NCBI GenBank assembly: GCA_964016885.1
Contig: OZ024766.1
Span: 7,378,001 to 7,442,000, forward strand
Length of the DNA: 64,000 nucleotides
Origin: Eledone cirrhosa
Taxonomy: Eukaryota
Direction of reading: 5' to 3'
Part shown: positions 40,168 through 53,756 of the stretch, piece after piece
Layout of the letters: each line of letters begins with the position of its first letter
How positions within the stretch are numbered: the first letter of the stretch is position 1
Notes under the pieces: model-generated
What the model was told of the DNA's origin: nothing
Seen by the model: the letters and a program-made list of their open reading frames with translations, nothing else
Database searches by the model: none
Translations under genes and position numbers: made by a program

Positions 40168-40500
40168 CATCATTTCATTTTACGTCCGCTTTTCCCTGCT
40201 TGCAAGGGTGGGACGGGAACTGATTCTGGCTTGATTTCTACAGCTGGATGCCCTTCCTAACACCAACCTCATTTACAGTGAGTGCTGGGTGCTTTTTTGC
40301 CGTGGCACCTCCACGACCACTTTACAGTGGAATGATAGGGACCCCAGTCCCTATCATCTCATTTCTACAGCTGAGTAAACTGGAGCAATGTGAAATAAAG
40401 TGTCTTGCTCAAGGAAACAACACATCACTCGGTCTGAGAATTGAACTCACAACCTTTCGATTGCAAGGCCAATGCTCTAACCACTAAGCCATGTGTCTCC
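40168..40500 (-). mobile_element. Full-length tRNA-derived SINE with an RTE-derived 3' tail (near-identical copy 58603-58935)
   Basis: A/B boxes TGGCTTAGTGG / GAGTTCAATTC; tail CCGTCCCACCCTTGCAAGCAGGGAAAAGCGGAC matches the RTE 3' ends. Confidence 0.85.
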
Positions 40501-41074
40501 ATATATATATATATTATAGTGAAAGAGTGTACAAAAACGGTTTTATTTACAGTATTAGCAATTGTTTCATTGATCAGGTGAGTGTCTCTGATCAAATCAT
40601 CGGAGTACGTTAAAACTATCCATAGTACAGAGTACTCACAACCTCTAATTGGATTACCTAAAATGGTAACTTGTTATTCCATATATATATACAGATACAC
40701 AGATAAATCTACCACTCAATGGTAGAGTCTAAACCGTATAAAGAACTCAATGTAATCCGTATGTAGATGTCGTGAAGTAAAGTTTAAAATACAAAATTTT
40801 CAACGATATAATTCAATTGGATACAGAGTCATAATAGAAATATTAAAACAATGAAATTAAACAAAAAAAACTGTTAATTTATAGTAAAACTCATTATTTC
40901 TGAAGACGGCGGGTAGTGAAGATGTATGTATATTTTCTTAATATGATATTTTGTAATATATTTTACATAGATCAATAATAGAATGGACATGCTGGGAACT
41001 ACCCCCAGAGACGATCGTAAAATAATGAGTTTTACTATGAATTAACCGTTTTGTGTTTAATTTCATTGTTTTAA

Positions 41075-41111
<37 letters not shown>

Positions 41112-42060
41112 CAATTCGAAAGTGTTTTTTCGTTATTTCATAGGCTGAAGTTTGATTCTCGCTAATTTTTACTTGTATTAATCTCCAGAGTCCAGCTATT
41201 GGCCAGTTAATTTTATTGACTGCTGAATAGCTTTGTTATATTTAACCACTCTGTCGAGAGCTTCATTCGATTTGTGATATTTTGCATTTTCGCAATATGA
41301 TACACAGATGAATTCAATCGCCTAATTTAGGTGTTGCCTCCCTTGCTGAACCCCATGTGGGGTCAGTTACAGACACATCTAAGTGGTCTTTCGAACTGAA
41401 TCCCGTTGATAATACGTACTCCTAGTTCAGTCAGGATACGAGAAACTTAACATCCTTTATGTAAGTGGACAGTAAATGACTTATGGAGTTGCAGAAGCCC
41501 CAACACTGGACTTTACCATCATTCCAGGGGTCCGGTGAGTATCAAACATTAATTTAATTGTTTCTACCTTAGGCACAAGGCCAGCAATTACCCAGTGCAT
41601 TACTGGTACTTTATTTTATATCGACCCTGTAATAACTGTTTCTAATTTAGGCACAAGGCCAGCAATTACCCAGTGCATTACTGGTACTTTATTTTATCGA
41701 CCTCGTAAGGATGAAAGGCTAAGTCAACCTCGGCGGGATTTGAACTCAGATCGTAAAGGGACGTAACTATGCTGGAAAGCATGGCGTCCGACTCTCTACT
41801 GATACTGCCAATCCACCGTAATGCTTTCATATATTTTTATATCTGTATATCTGTTTGACCCGAAATAGGAGATCGAATCTTCGCTGTGTGGATAATTAGT
41901 TTGACCACCATCTCAGTGTGTTTGGCCTTTAACGTAAGTTGTAAGCTCTAATTCATATGAATTATCGAGCGCTTGCCTCACAATTCGAAAGTGTTTTTTC
42001 GTTATTTCATAAGCTGAAATTCGATTCTCGCTAATTTTTACTTATATATATATATATATG

Positions 42061-42196
42061 ATTATTTCTGAAGACAGCATATATATGTGTAGGTATGTAT
42101 ATTCCCTGATAATTTGTAAACATTTTTTACATAGATCTATATGATATACATACCAACACATACACATATATATCCTAGAAACGACCGTAAAATGAT
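42061..42196 (+). ncRNA. Hammerhead with a long stem II (related degenerate copy 40892-41027 has GAGA in place of GAAA)
   Basis: AUUAUUU-CUGAAGA-[long hairpin]-GAAA-CGACCG-UA-AAAUGAU. Confidence 0.55.
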
Positions 42197-42249
42197 GAAT
42201 TTTTTAATATAAGGAACTGTTTCTTTGTTTTTATTCATTATTTTTATTA

Positions 42250-42315
<66 letters not shown>

Positions 42316-42616
42316 GGTCATCAAGTATGAAATTTGCAGAAAAACAAAACAAATTTCATACTTGATAACTCTTTCTCTCTATATATATATATCCATACAC
42401 ATAGAGAGAGAATGAGAGTGACAAATCTAGGGGGAGAGAGAGAGAGAGACGGATAGCTATAGGGAGACAGAGAGAGGGAAAGAGAGAGTGTGTGTCAGAC
42501 AGAGAAGGGGGGGGGATGAGTGAGAGAGAGAGAGTGTTGATAGAGGAGGAGGTAAAGAGAGAGGGTTAAATTTGGGAGAAGAATCACATTATCTCAGAAA
42601 AATGTCAGAAAAATAT

Positions 42617-43457
42617 TTAAACCTTTCATTACCATATTTCACTGGTGTTTGGAACATAACTTAACAAAGATTCTTACAAAAGATTATGATGGAAGGTTTT
42701 TAGATAAATATAAACACTTTAAGATGGTGTTTGGAACATAACTTAACAAAGGTTCTTACATAGAATTATGATGGAAGATTTTTAGATAAATAAAAACACT
42801 TTAAGATGGTGTTTGGAATGTAACTTAACAAAGGTTCTTACATAGAATTATGATAGAAGGTTTTTAGATAAATATAAACACTTTTAAATGGTGTTTGGAA
42901 CGTAGCTTAACAAAGGTTCTTACATAGAATTATGATGGAAGGTTTTTAGATAAATATAAACACTTTAACCCTTTCATTGCCATATTTCTAATGTAACACA
43001 CTGTTGGTGTTTGGAACATAACTTAACAAAGGTTCTTACATAAAATTATGATGGAAGGTTTTTAAATAAATATAAACACTTTTAAATGGTGTTTGGAACG
43101 TAACTAAACAAAGGTTTTTACATAGAATTATGATGGAAGGTTTTTAGATAAATATAAACACTTTAACCCTTTCATTACCATATTTCTAATGTAACACACT
43201 GTTGGTGTTTGGAACATAACTTAACAAAGATTCTTACATAAAATTACGATGGAAAGTTTTTAGATATCTTATAAACTCTTTAACCCTTTCATGATCATAT
43301 TTCTAATGAAAGACACTTGGTGCTTGGAACATAACCTAACAAAGGTTTTTACATAAAATTACGATGGAAGGGTTTAGATAAATATAAACACTTTAAAACA
43401 GTTTTGTATCATATAACCAGGGGTGTTTTGAAGCATGTGGTCACCAAAAGGGTTAAA
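42617..43457 (+). mobile_element. TTAA/piggyBac-type MITE with internal ~82-bp tandem amplification
   Basis: TTAACCCTTTC left-end motif repeated internally; right end CAAAAGGGTTAA. Confidence 0.7.
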
Positions 43458-43574
43458 TATTTCACAAGTCCCAAAACAGCAAACTATTTTTTTCTTTAAA
43501 AAAAGGGGTGCAGATTATACCCCCCACCCAAAAATACAGTACAAACACACACACATATATGTATATATATACAT

Positions 43575-43607
<33 letters not shown>

Positions 43608-43609
43608 CA

Positions 43610-44499
43610 CAGGGTGCAGACGACATCTGTTCGCATATTTTCAACTGCTAATTTTATGCAAATTTTTTTACTTCCGTTGTCACTCTTGTCTTCATAAAAA
43701 CACTGACTATATTTCCATTATTTATTTTCAGAATAATTGATTATGAATAATTTTGAACCTCCAAATTTGAGGAAGAGACACGGAGTTCTTCTTGGAATCC
43801 GCGCCGGGAGGACAAATAAGACCAGAAGATCAACTCCCAGAACAACAGGTGGCTCACTGTCTCATCCAAAGACGTGCCCAGAGTCGTGCAGACAAAGTTT
43901 CCAGCGACAACATTGGTCTTGGGTGTCGTCAGCAGTCAAGGTGACGTCATGCCACCTCACTTCTTCCCCGAGGGCTTCAAGCTGAACACCGATGGCTACA
44001 TCCGCGTTCTGAGCGAGGTAGTAAAGCCCTGGATCGACCAGGTAGCTGCAGGTAGGCCGTACGTGTGGCAGCAAGACTCAGCGCCCTGCCATACCAGCCG
44101 AAATACCAAAGCCTGGCTGTCAGAGAATTTCGTCGACCACACTTCACCTGACATCTGGCCTCCCAACTCACCTGACTGCAACCCCCTCGACTTATTTGTG
44201 TGGGGCGCAGTGGAACGAGACACCAACAGATCTAGCTGCAATACGAAAGACGATCTGAAGGCCAGCATCACAAGTGCCTTTAGGGGCCTAAGTCGGGGGG
44301 ACAGTGACGAAAGCCTGTAGGCAGTTCCGAGGCCGCCTTGAGGCCGTCATCAAAGCCAATGGCGGGTTTATCGAGTGAGATCGAAAGAACAAGTCATGAA
44401 GACAAACTGACCCAAGTTTGATAAATATATCTTAAAAAATAAAACTACTGTCTTACTTTTTCCTAGACAGTAATCTTGCGAACAGATATCGTCCACACC

Positions 44500-44502
<3 letters not shown>
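43610..44502 (+). mobile_element. Internally deleted Tc1/mariner transposon, DD37D (maT-like); transposase remnant ~43874-44380
   Basis: TIRs CAGGGTGCAGACGACATCTGTTCGCA / TGCGAACAGATATCGTCCACACCCTG; WQQDSAPCH...WPPNSPDCNPLD with 37 residues between the last two Asp; frameshifted. Confidence 0.9.
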
Positions 44503-44540
<38 letters not shown>

Positions 44541-44543
44541 GCT

Positions 44544-44582
<39 letters not shown>

Positions 44583-44644
44583 GTGTTTGTAACTACATGC
44601 TTTGAAACCAATGTAGATAGTTGTTGAACAGTTAACTACAAGAA

Positions 44645-45180
44645 TTGATGGCGGTGGCGGTTGTGGTGATGGTGGTGGTGGTGGTGGTGGTGATGATGGT
44701 GCTGGTGGTGGTGCTGGCAATTATGGTGATAGTGACGATGGTGATGATGATGATGATGGTGATGGTGGTGACGATGGTGATGACGATGGTGATGATGATG
44801 ATGGTGGTGGTGGTGATGACGATGGTGATGATGATGGTGATGGTGGTGACGATGGTGATGACGATGGTGGTGGTGGTGGTGATGACGATGGTGATGGTGA
44901 TGGTGGTGGTGATGGTGATGATGGTGGTGATGATGGTGGTGACGATGGTAATGATGGCGATGATGGTGACGATGGTGATGGTGATAGTGGTGATGGTGGT
45001 GACGATGATGGTGGTGACGATGGTGGTGATGGTGATGGTGCTGGTAATTATGGTGGTGATGATGATGGTGGTCTGGTGATGCTAATGACATTGGTGATGA
45101 TGATGATGGTGGTGGTGGTGACGATGATTGTGACGATGGTGGTGACGATGATGATTATGAAGATGATGATGATGATGATA
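44645..45180. repeat. (GGT/GAT/GAC)n trinucleotide tract
   Basis: Low complexity; poly-His ORF is an artefact. Confidence 0.9.
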
Positions 45181-46087
45181 GTTACTTGGTAGCAGTGTTA
45201 ACAAACACACAACAAAATTAAAAAAAATTTAAAAAAAAGATTTTAAAAAAATTAAAATTAAAATAAAAACAAAAAAAAAACAGAAAACAAAACAAAACAA
45301 AACAAAAATAAAATATTTTTTTTTTTTTTTTTTTTTTTTTTAGATTTAAATAAAAATAAATTAAGCACAAACTAAAACAAACAAATGAGCTTTTCGGACC
45401 CTAATTTTAGATAAATATTTGAATTTAAAAAAAAACAAAAAAACAAAAAACGAAATAAATAAAATACAGCCGCAAAGCAAAAAAATATATTTTAGCCAAA
45501 AAAAAAAAAAAGGAAAACGGTAAAAATTGTTAAAATTTAAATCTAGAGACTAAGCAACCCCTAGAAATATAATATGTCAGCCAGTGGAGGACCTGGGCAG
45601 AGGTGATGAGAGCTGGCCCTAGTCAAATTTCGAACTGAATTGGTCTCATCAGGACAAGAAAACTATATATTCCCGCCTGTTATCAAGAGCAGGAAAGATT
45701 GTCCCCAGGAGACCCAGTTCAGTTCAAAATAATGCGCAGACGATTGTCCCCCTTGCTTCTACGGTATTTATTTATAAACATACCGTATTTCTTTAGAAAT
45801 ACGAAATTCCAATATATAAAAAAACTGTTTCGGAATATATATATATATATATATATATCAAACATTTATATTTTCATATATTTGTATATCTGTATATCTG
45901 TTTGACCCGAAATAGGAGATCGAATCTTCGCTGTGTGGATGATAAGTTTAACCACCATCTCAGTGTGTTTGGCCTTTAACGTAAGTTGTAAGCTCTAATT
46001 CATTTGAATTATTGAGCGCTTGCCTCACAACTCGAAAGTGTTTTCTCGTTATTTCATGGGCTGAAATTCGATTCTCGCTAATTTTTA

Positions 46088-46126
<39 letters not shown>

Positions 46127-46289
46127 CTTCCTAAATATTTATTTATAAACATACCGTATTTCTTTAGAAATACGAAATTCCAATATATAAAAAAACTGTT
46201 TCGGAATATATATATATGTGTGTGTGTATATATATATATTTTTAAAGTATTAAATAGGTTTATTTACAATAGTTTATAACTTTGCCTAT

Positions 46290-47785
46290 TAATCCGTATG
46301 GTGAGCAAATGGGGTTTCCCACTTGCTGGCCATCCCAAAGCCCCGGCGGACAGGATGGAGAAGGCGTTTCCCTGGAGGATGGTAAGGGAGATGCACTGGA
46401 AGAGCTATTCCAACTCGCGTGGCTCACACCTGCGGCTGGCCACCTCAGCGCCTATGGTGGTGAATAGGGAGGTAGCCCTAGGGCCAAGGACACCAGAAGT
46501 CTCCACTACTATATGTAGCCAGGTCTGTGGCTATGGTGGTGAGTAGGGAGGTAGCCCTAGGGCCAAGGACACCAGAAGTCTCCACTGCTACAGGTAGCCA
46601 GCTCTGTGTCAATGGTAGTGAGTTGGGAGGTAGCCCTAGGGCCAAGGACACCAGAAGTCTCCACTGCTAGGGGTAGCCAGCTCAGCACCTATGGTGGTGA
46701 GTAGAGAGGTAGCCCTAGGGCCAAGGACACCAGAAGTCTCCACTGCTAGGGGTAGCCAGCTCAGCACCTATGGTGGTGAGTTGGGAGGTAGCCCTAGGGC
46801 CAAGGACACCAGAAGTCTCCACTGCTAGGGGTAGCCAGCTCAGCACCTATGGTGGTGAGTAGGGAGGTAGCCCTAGGGCCAAGGACACCAGAAGTCTCCA
46901 CTGCTACAGGTAGCCAGGTCTGTGTCTATGGTGGGAAGTAGGGAGGTAGCCCTAGGGCCAAGGACACCAGAAGTCTCCACTGCTAGGGGTAGTCAGCTCA
47001 GCGTCTATGGTGGTGACTAGGGAGGTAGCCCTAGGGCCGAGGACACCAGAAGTCTCCACTGCTACAGGTAGCCAGCTCAGCACCTATGGTGGTGAGTAGG
47101 GAGGTAGCCCTAGGTCCAAGGACACCAGAAGTCTCCACTGCTACAGGTAGCTAACTCTGTGTCAATGGTAGTGAGTTGGGAGGTAGCCCTAGGGCCAAGG
47201 ACACCAGAAGTCTCCACTGCTACGGGTAGCCAGCTCAGCACCTATGGTGGTGAGTAGGGAGGTAGCCCTAGGTCCAAGGACACCAGAAGTCTCCACTGCT
47301 ACAGGTAGCTAACTCTGTGTCAATGGTAGTGAGTTGGGAGGTAGCCCTAGGGCCAAGGACACCAGAAGTCTCCACTGCTACGGGTAGCCAGCTCAGCACC
47401 TATGGTGGTGAGTAGGGAGGTAGCCCTAGGTCCAAGGACACCAGAAGTCTCCACTGCTACAGGTAGCCAGCTCAGCACCTATGGTGGTGAGTAGGGAGGT
47501 AGCCCTAGGGCCGAGGACACCAGAAGTCTCCACTGCTACAGGTAGCCAGCTCAGCACTTATGGTGGTGAGTAGGGAGGTAGCCCTAGGGCCAAGGACACC
47601 AGAAGTCTCCACTGCTACAGGTAGCTAACTCTGTGTCAATGGTAGTGAGTTGGGAGGTAGCCCTAGGGCCAAGGACACCAGAAGTCTCCACTGCTACGGG
47701 TAGCCAGCTCAGCACCTATGGTGGTGAGTAGGGAGGTAGCCCTAGGTCCAAGGACACCAGAAGTCTCCACTGCCAAGGGCACGAC
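46290..47785 (-). mobile_element. 3' end of an RLE-type (CRE-like) non-LTR retrotransposon with a ~79-bp segment amplified ~16 times
   Basis: Minus strand reads VPLAVETSGVLGPRATSL(L/F)TTIGAE...RRCEPRELE*LFQCISLTILQGNAFSIL, the C-terminal motif of RLE-bearing elements. Confidence 0.75.
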
Positions 47786-47850
47786 CAATAAAACAATCGC
47801 TCCACAAAAAAACTGTTTTTAAACCCTACCAAGCTAATAATAGCTTTGGC

Positions 47851-48965
47851 TTTATTCATTATAAACTAAAATATGACGACATCTTTATTCATTATAAACT
47901 AAAATATGACGACATCTTTATTCATTATAAACTAAAATATGACGACATCTTTATTCATTATAAACTAAAATATGACGACATCTTTATTCATTATAAACTA
48001 AAATATGACGACATCTTTATTCATTATAAACTAAAATATGACGACATCTTTATTCATTATAAACTAAAATATGACGACATCTTTATTCATTATAAACTAA
48101 AATATGACGACATCTTTATTCATTATAAACTAAAATATGACGACATCTTTATTCATTATAAACTAAAATATGACGACATCTTTATTCATTATAAACTAAA
48201 ATATGACGACATCTTTATTCATTATAAACTAAAATATGACGACATCTTTATTCATTATAAACTAAAATATGACGACATCTTTATTCATTATAAACTAAAA
48301 TATGACGACATCTTTATTCATTATAAACTAAAATATGACGACATCTTTATTCATTATAAACTAAAATATGACGACATCTTTATTCATTATAAACTAAAAT
48401 ATGACGACATCTTTATTCATTATAAACTAAAATATGACATCTTTATTCATTATAAACTAAAATATGACGACATCTTTATTCATTATAAACTAAAATATGA
48501 CGACATCTTTATTCATTATAAACTAAAATATGACGACATCTTTATTCATTATAAACTAAAATATGACGACATCTTTATTCATTATAAACTAAAATATGAC
48601 GACATCTTTATTCATTATAAACTAAAATATGACGACATCTTTATTCATTATAAACTAAAATATGACGACATCTTTATTCATTATAAACTAAAATATGACA
48701 TCTTTATTCATTATAAACTAAAATATGACATCTTTATTCATTATAAACTAAAATATGACGACATCTTTATTCATTATAAACTAAAATATGACGACATCTT
48801 TATTCATTATAAACTAAAATATGACGACATCTTTATTCATTATAAACTAAAATATGACGACATCTTTATTCATTATAAACTAAAATATGACGACATCTTT
48901 ATTCATTATAAACTAAAATATGACGACATCTTTATTCATTATAAACTAAAATATGACGACATCTT
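47851..48965. repeat. Highly homogeneous 33-bp minisatellite (~34 copies)
   Basis: TTTATTCATTATAAACTAAAATATGACGACATC; a few 30-bp variants. Confidence 0.97.
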
Positions 48966-49091
48966 GATAATGTCTGTCTTACCCATTAAAACATCAACAA
49001 AAAAAAAAACAAAAAAAAAAAAAAAAAGCAAGGCGCCATGCAAGGGAAGATAACTCAGCAAGGTTAAAAAAACAAAAAACAAACTCCGTAC

Positions 49092-49190
49092 TTAGCATCG
49101 TCAAAATTCTTTCCGCCTTTGCCGAGACCACCACCGCCACCACGACCCCATTTGCGGCCAGGTGGGTAGTGTGTGTGGTCACCACGATTC
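49092..49190 (-). CDS. CHTOP: Probable 99-nt CHTOP cassette exon (KNRGDHTHYPPGRKWGRGGGGGLGKGGKNFDDA)
   Basis: AATCGTAG| acceptor and AA|GTACGG donor; phase 2-2, frame-preserving between the flanking exons; Gly/Arg-rich unique sequence. Confidence 0.65.
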
Positions 49191-49314
49191 CTACGATTAT
49201 TGAAATCAAATTACAGGTAAGACAGCTGTCAACCAGTGATCCCTACGAGGGAGGAGTGAAATGGAAGACCCTTTCCTATTTTCCCTTCCCGGGTTAAAAA
49301 AAAAAAAAAATGTT

Positions 49315-50830
49315 CACAGGAGGTTTCTAGGGTGTTTCAATGATAGGGACCCCAGTCCTATCATGTTGTGACAGCCCACACCTATGTAGGTTTAGCTGGC
49401 CTCCTACAAGGTTGTATCTCATAAGAGGTTTCTAGGGTGTTTTAATGATAGGGACCCCAATCCTATCATGTCACATCTCACACCTATGTAGGTTTAGCTG
49501 GCCTCCTACAAGGTTGTATCTCACAGGAGGTTTCTGGGGTGTTTCCATGATAGGGACCCCAGTCCTATCATGTTGTTACATCTCACACCTATGTAGGTTT
49601 AGCTGGCCTCCTACAAGGTTGTATCTCACAGGAGGTTTCTAGGGTGTTTTAATGATAGGGACCCCAGTCCTATCACGTTGTTGTTACATCTCACACCTAT
49701 GTAGGTTTAGCTGGCTCCCTACAAGGTTGTATCTCATAGTAGGTTTCTAGGGTGTTTTAAAGATAGGGACCCCAGTCCTATCATGTTACAGCTCACACCT
49801 ATGTAGGTTTAGCTGGCCTCCTACAAGGTTGTATCTCACAGGAGGTTTCTAGGGTGTTTCCATGATAGGGACCCCAGTCCTATCACGTTGTTGTTACATC
49901 TCACACCTATGTAGATTTAGCTGGTCTCCTACAAGGTTGTATCTCACAGGAGGTTTCTAGGGTGTTTTAATGATAGGGGACCCCAGTCCTATCATGTTAC
50001 AGCTCACACCTATGTAGGTTTAGCTGGTCTCCTACAAGGTTGTATCTCACAGGAGGTTTCTAGGGTGTTTTAATGATAGGGACCCCAGTCCTATCATGTC
50101 ACATCTCACACCTATGTAGATTTAGTTGGTCTCCTACTAGGTTGTATCTCATAAGAGGTTTCTTTGGTGTTTTAATGATAGGGACCCCATTCCTATCATG
50201 TCACATCTCACGCCTATGTAGATTTAGCTGGTCTCCTACTAGGTTGTATCTCATAGGTGTCTTGGGTGTTTTAATGATAGGGACCCCAGTCCTATCATGT
50301 TGTTACATCTCACACCTATGTAGGTTTAGCTGGTCTCCTACAAGGTTGTATCTCATAGGAGGTTTCTAGGGTGTTTCCATGATAGGGACCCCAGTCCTAT
50401 CATGTTGTTACAGCTCACACCTATGTAGGTTTAGCTGGTCTCCTACAAGGTTGTATCTCATAGGAGGTTTCTAGGGTGTTTCCATGATAGGGACCCCAGT
50501 CCTATCATGTTGTTACAGCTCACACCTATGTAGGTTTAGCTGGTCTCCTACAAGGTTGTATCTCATAGGAGGTTTCTAGGGTGTTTCCATGATAGGGACC
50601 CCAGTCCTATCATGTTGTTACAGCTCACACCTATGTAGGTTTAGCTGGCCTCCTACAAGGTTGTATCTCACAGGAGGTTTCTGGGGTGTTTCCATGATAG
50701 GGACCCCAGTCCTATCATGTTGTTACAGCCCACACCTATGTAGGTTTAGCTGGCCTCCTACAAGGTTGTATCTCACAGGGGGTTTCTAGGGTGTTTCCAT
50801 GATAGGGGGCCTCATCCCTAACATGTTGTT
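49315..50830 (-). repeat. ~105-bp minisatellite (~14 copies), related to 11930-12422
   Basis: ATGATAGGGACCCCAGTCCTATCAT hairpin in each unit. Confidence 0.9.
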
Positions 50831-51162
50831 ACAGCCCACACCTATCATAAACAGCAATATAAAATGAAGAGCCTTGCTCAAGCACACAGTATGCAACACG
50901 GACCACATGTGGCCGACTGTTGCATGCAATAGATGTGAGGTTTATGTCTCAAATGGAGGGCCTATTCTTTAGAAACCAAGGTACCCACTGCCAACACCCC
51001 AATCATGAACAAGACCACCATGATGGTATAAAATATGAAATTTATAAAATCAAAATGAGAATAAATACAAATTTAAGGAAAACAAAAAAAACAACATATA
51101 TACATATATATATGTATATATATATATATGTATATATATATATGTATATATATATATATGTG

Positions 51163-51199
<37 letters not shown>

Positions 51200-51203
51200 G
51201 TAT

Positions 51204-51297
<94 letters not shown>

Positions 51298-51355
51298 GTA
51301 TATATATATACATATATATACACATATATATATATATACACATATATATATATAC

Positions 51356-51386
<31 letters not shown>

Positions 51387-51419
51387 CATATACATATATA
51401 TATACATATATATATATAC

Positions 51420-51482
<63 letters not shown>

Positions 51483-51519
51483 CATATATATATACACATA
51501 TATACATATACATATATAC

Positions 51520-51550
<31 letters not shown>

Positions 51551-51771
51551 CATATACATATATACATATACATATACATATACATATATATATATATATA
51601 CATATATATAAATATATATAAATATATATGTATACATATATATACACACATATATATATATATATATACACATATATATATACACATATATACACATATA
51701 TATATATATACATATATATATACATATATACACATATATATATATACATATATACACATATATATATATAC

Positions 51772-51813
<42 letters not shown>

Positions 51814-52043
51814 ATATATATATATACATACACATATATATATACATATATACACATATACATATATATACATATATACACATATATATATATATACACA
51901 TATATATATATATATACATATATACACATATATATATATATATACATATATACACATATATATATATATATATATACATATATACACATATATATATATA
52001 TATACATATATACACATATATATATATATATACATATATACAC

Positions 52044-52122
<79 letters not shown>

Positions 52123-52163
52123 TATATACATATATATATATATATACATATATATATACATAC

Positions 52164-52197
<34 letters not shown>

Positions 52198-52213
52198 ATA
52201 CATATATATATAC

Positions 52214-52246
<33 letters not shown>

Positions 52247-52255
52247 CATATATAC

Positions 52256-52286
<31 letters not shown>

Positions 52287-52585
52287 CATATACATATATA
52301 TACATATATATACATATATATATATACATATATACATATATATATATACATATATACATATACATATATATATATACATATATACATATACATATATATA
52401 TATACATATATATATATATACATATATATATATACATATACATATATATATATATACATATATACATATATATATATACATATATACATATACATATATA
52501 TATATACATATATATATATACATATACATATACATATATATATATATACATATATATATATACATATATACATATATATATATAT

Positions 52586-52616
<31 letters not shown>

Positions 52617-52641
52617 TACATATATACATATATATATATAC

Positions 52642-52676
<35 letters not shown>

Positions 52677-52721
52677 CATATATACATATATATATATACA
52701 TATATACATATATATATATAC

Positions 52722-52780
<59 letters not shown>

Positions 52781-52815
52781 CATATATATACATATACACA
52801 TATATATACATATAC

Positions 52816-52850
<35 letters not shown>

Positions 52851-52872
52851 CATATATATATGTATATATATG

Positions 52873-52904
<32 letters not shown>

Positions 52905-53000
52905 CATATATACATACAAATATATACATACATATATATACATATATATATATATACATATATATACATATACATATATATACATATACATATATATATG

Positions 53001-53036
<36 letters not shown>

Positions 53037-53037
53037 C

Positions 53038-53072
<35 letters not shown>

Positions 53073-53109
53073 CATATATACATATACATATATATATACA
53101 TACACATGC

Positions 53110-53182
<73 letters not shown>

Positions 53183-53234
53183 TATATAGCAATAATAATT
53201 ACAAATACCAAAATTCAGAGGACTCAATAAGGAT

Positions 53235-53278
<44 letters not shown>

Positions 53279-53335
53279 CATATATATACATATACAAACA
53301 CATATACATATACATAGATATACATATATATATAT

Positions 53336-53372
<37 letters not shown>

Positions 53373-53756
53373 AGTCTAATGTCTGTCTTGAGGTCGGTTT
53401 CCATCGCAGGATTAAACCCCAGTCTATTGCTGGTATTCATTTTCAGCTGAGTATACTGGACCAATGTGAAATGAAGTATTTTGCTCAAGAACACAACACA
53501 ACACATACAACCCAGGCCAGGAATCAAATACTTATATATATATATATATATCATCATCATCATCGTTTAAACTCCATATATATATATATATATACATACA
53601 TATATACAAACACACATATACAAACACACATATACAAACATACAGAGCTGGTTTTGGCTGGGTTGATCTCATTAAAATTATTAATTATTTTATTATTAAG
53701 ACAGTAACTTAAATGGTTTTTATATAAAATTATGTTGAAAAATTTTAATTTAAATG

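Noticed and set aside
44636-45091. Poly-His ORF
   Set aside because: Intronic trinucleotide microsatellite without splice support
45620-45660. CUGAUGA...GAAA on the minus strand (similar cases at 30280 and 41385)
   Set aside because: Stems I and II cannot be formed convincingly; at best highly degenerate
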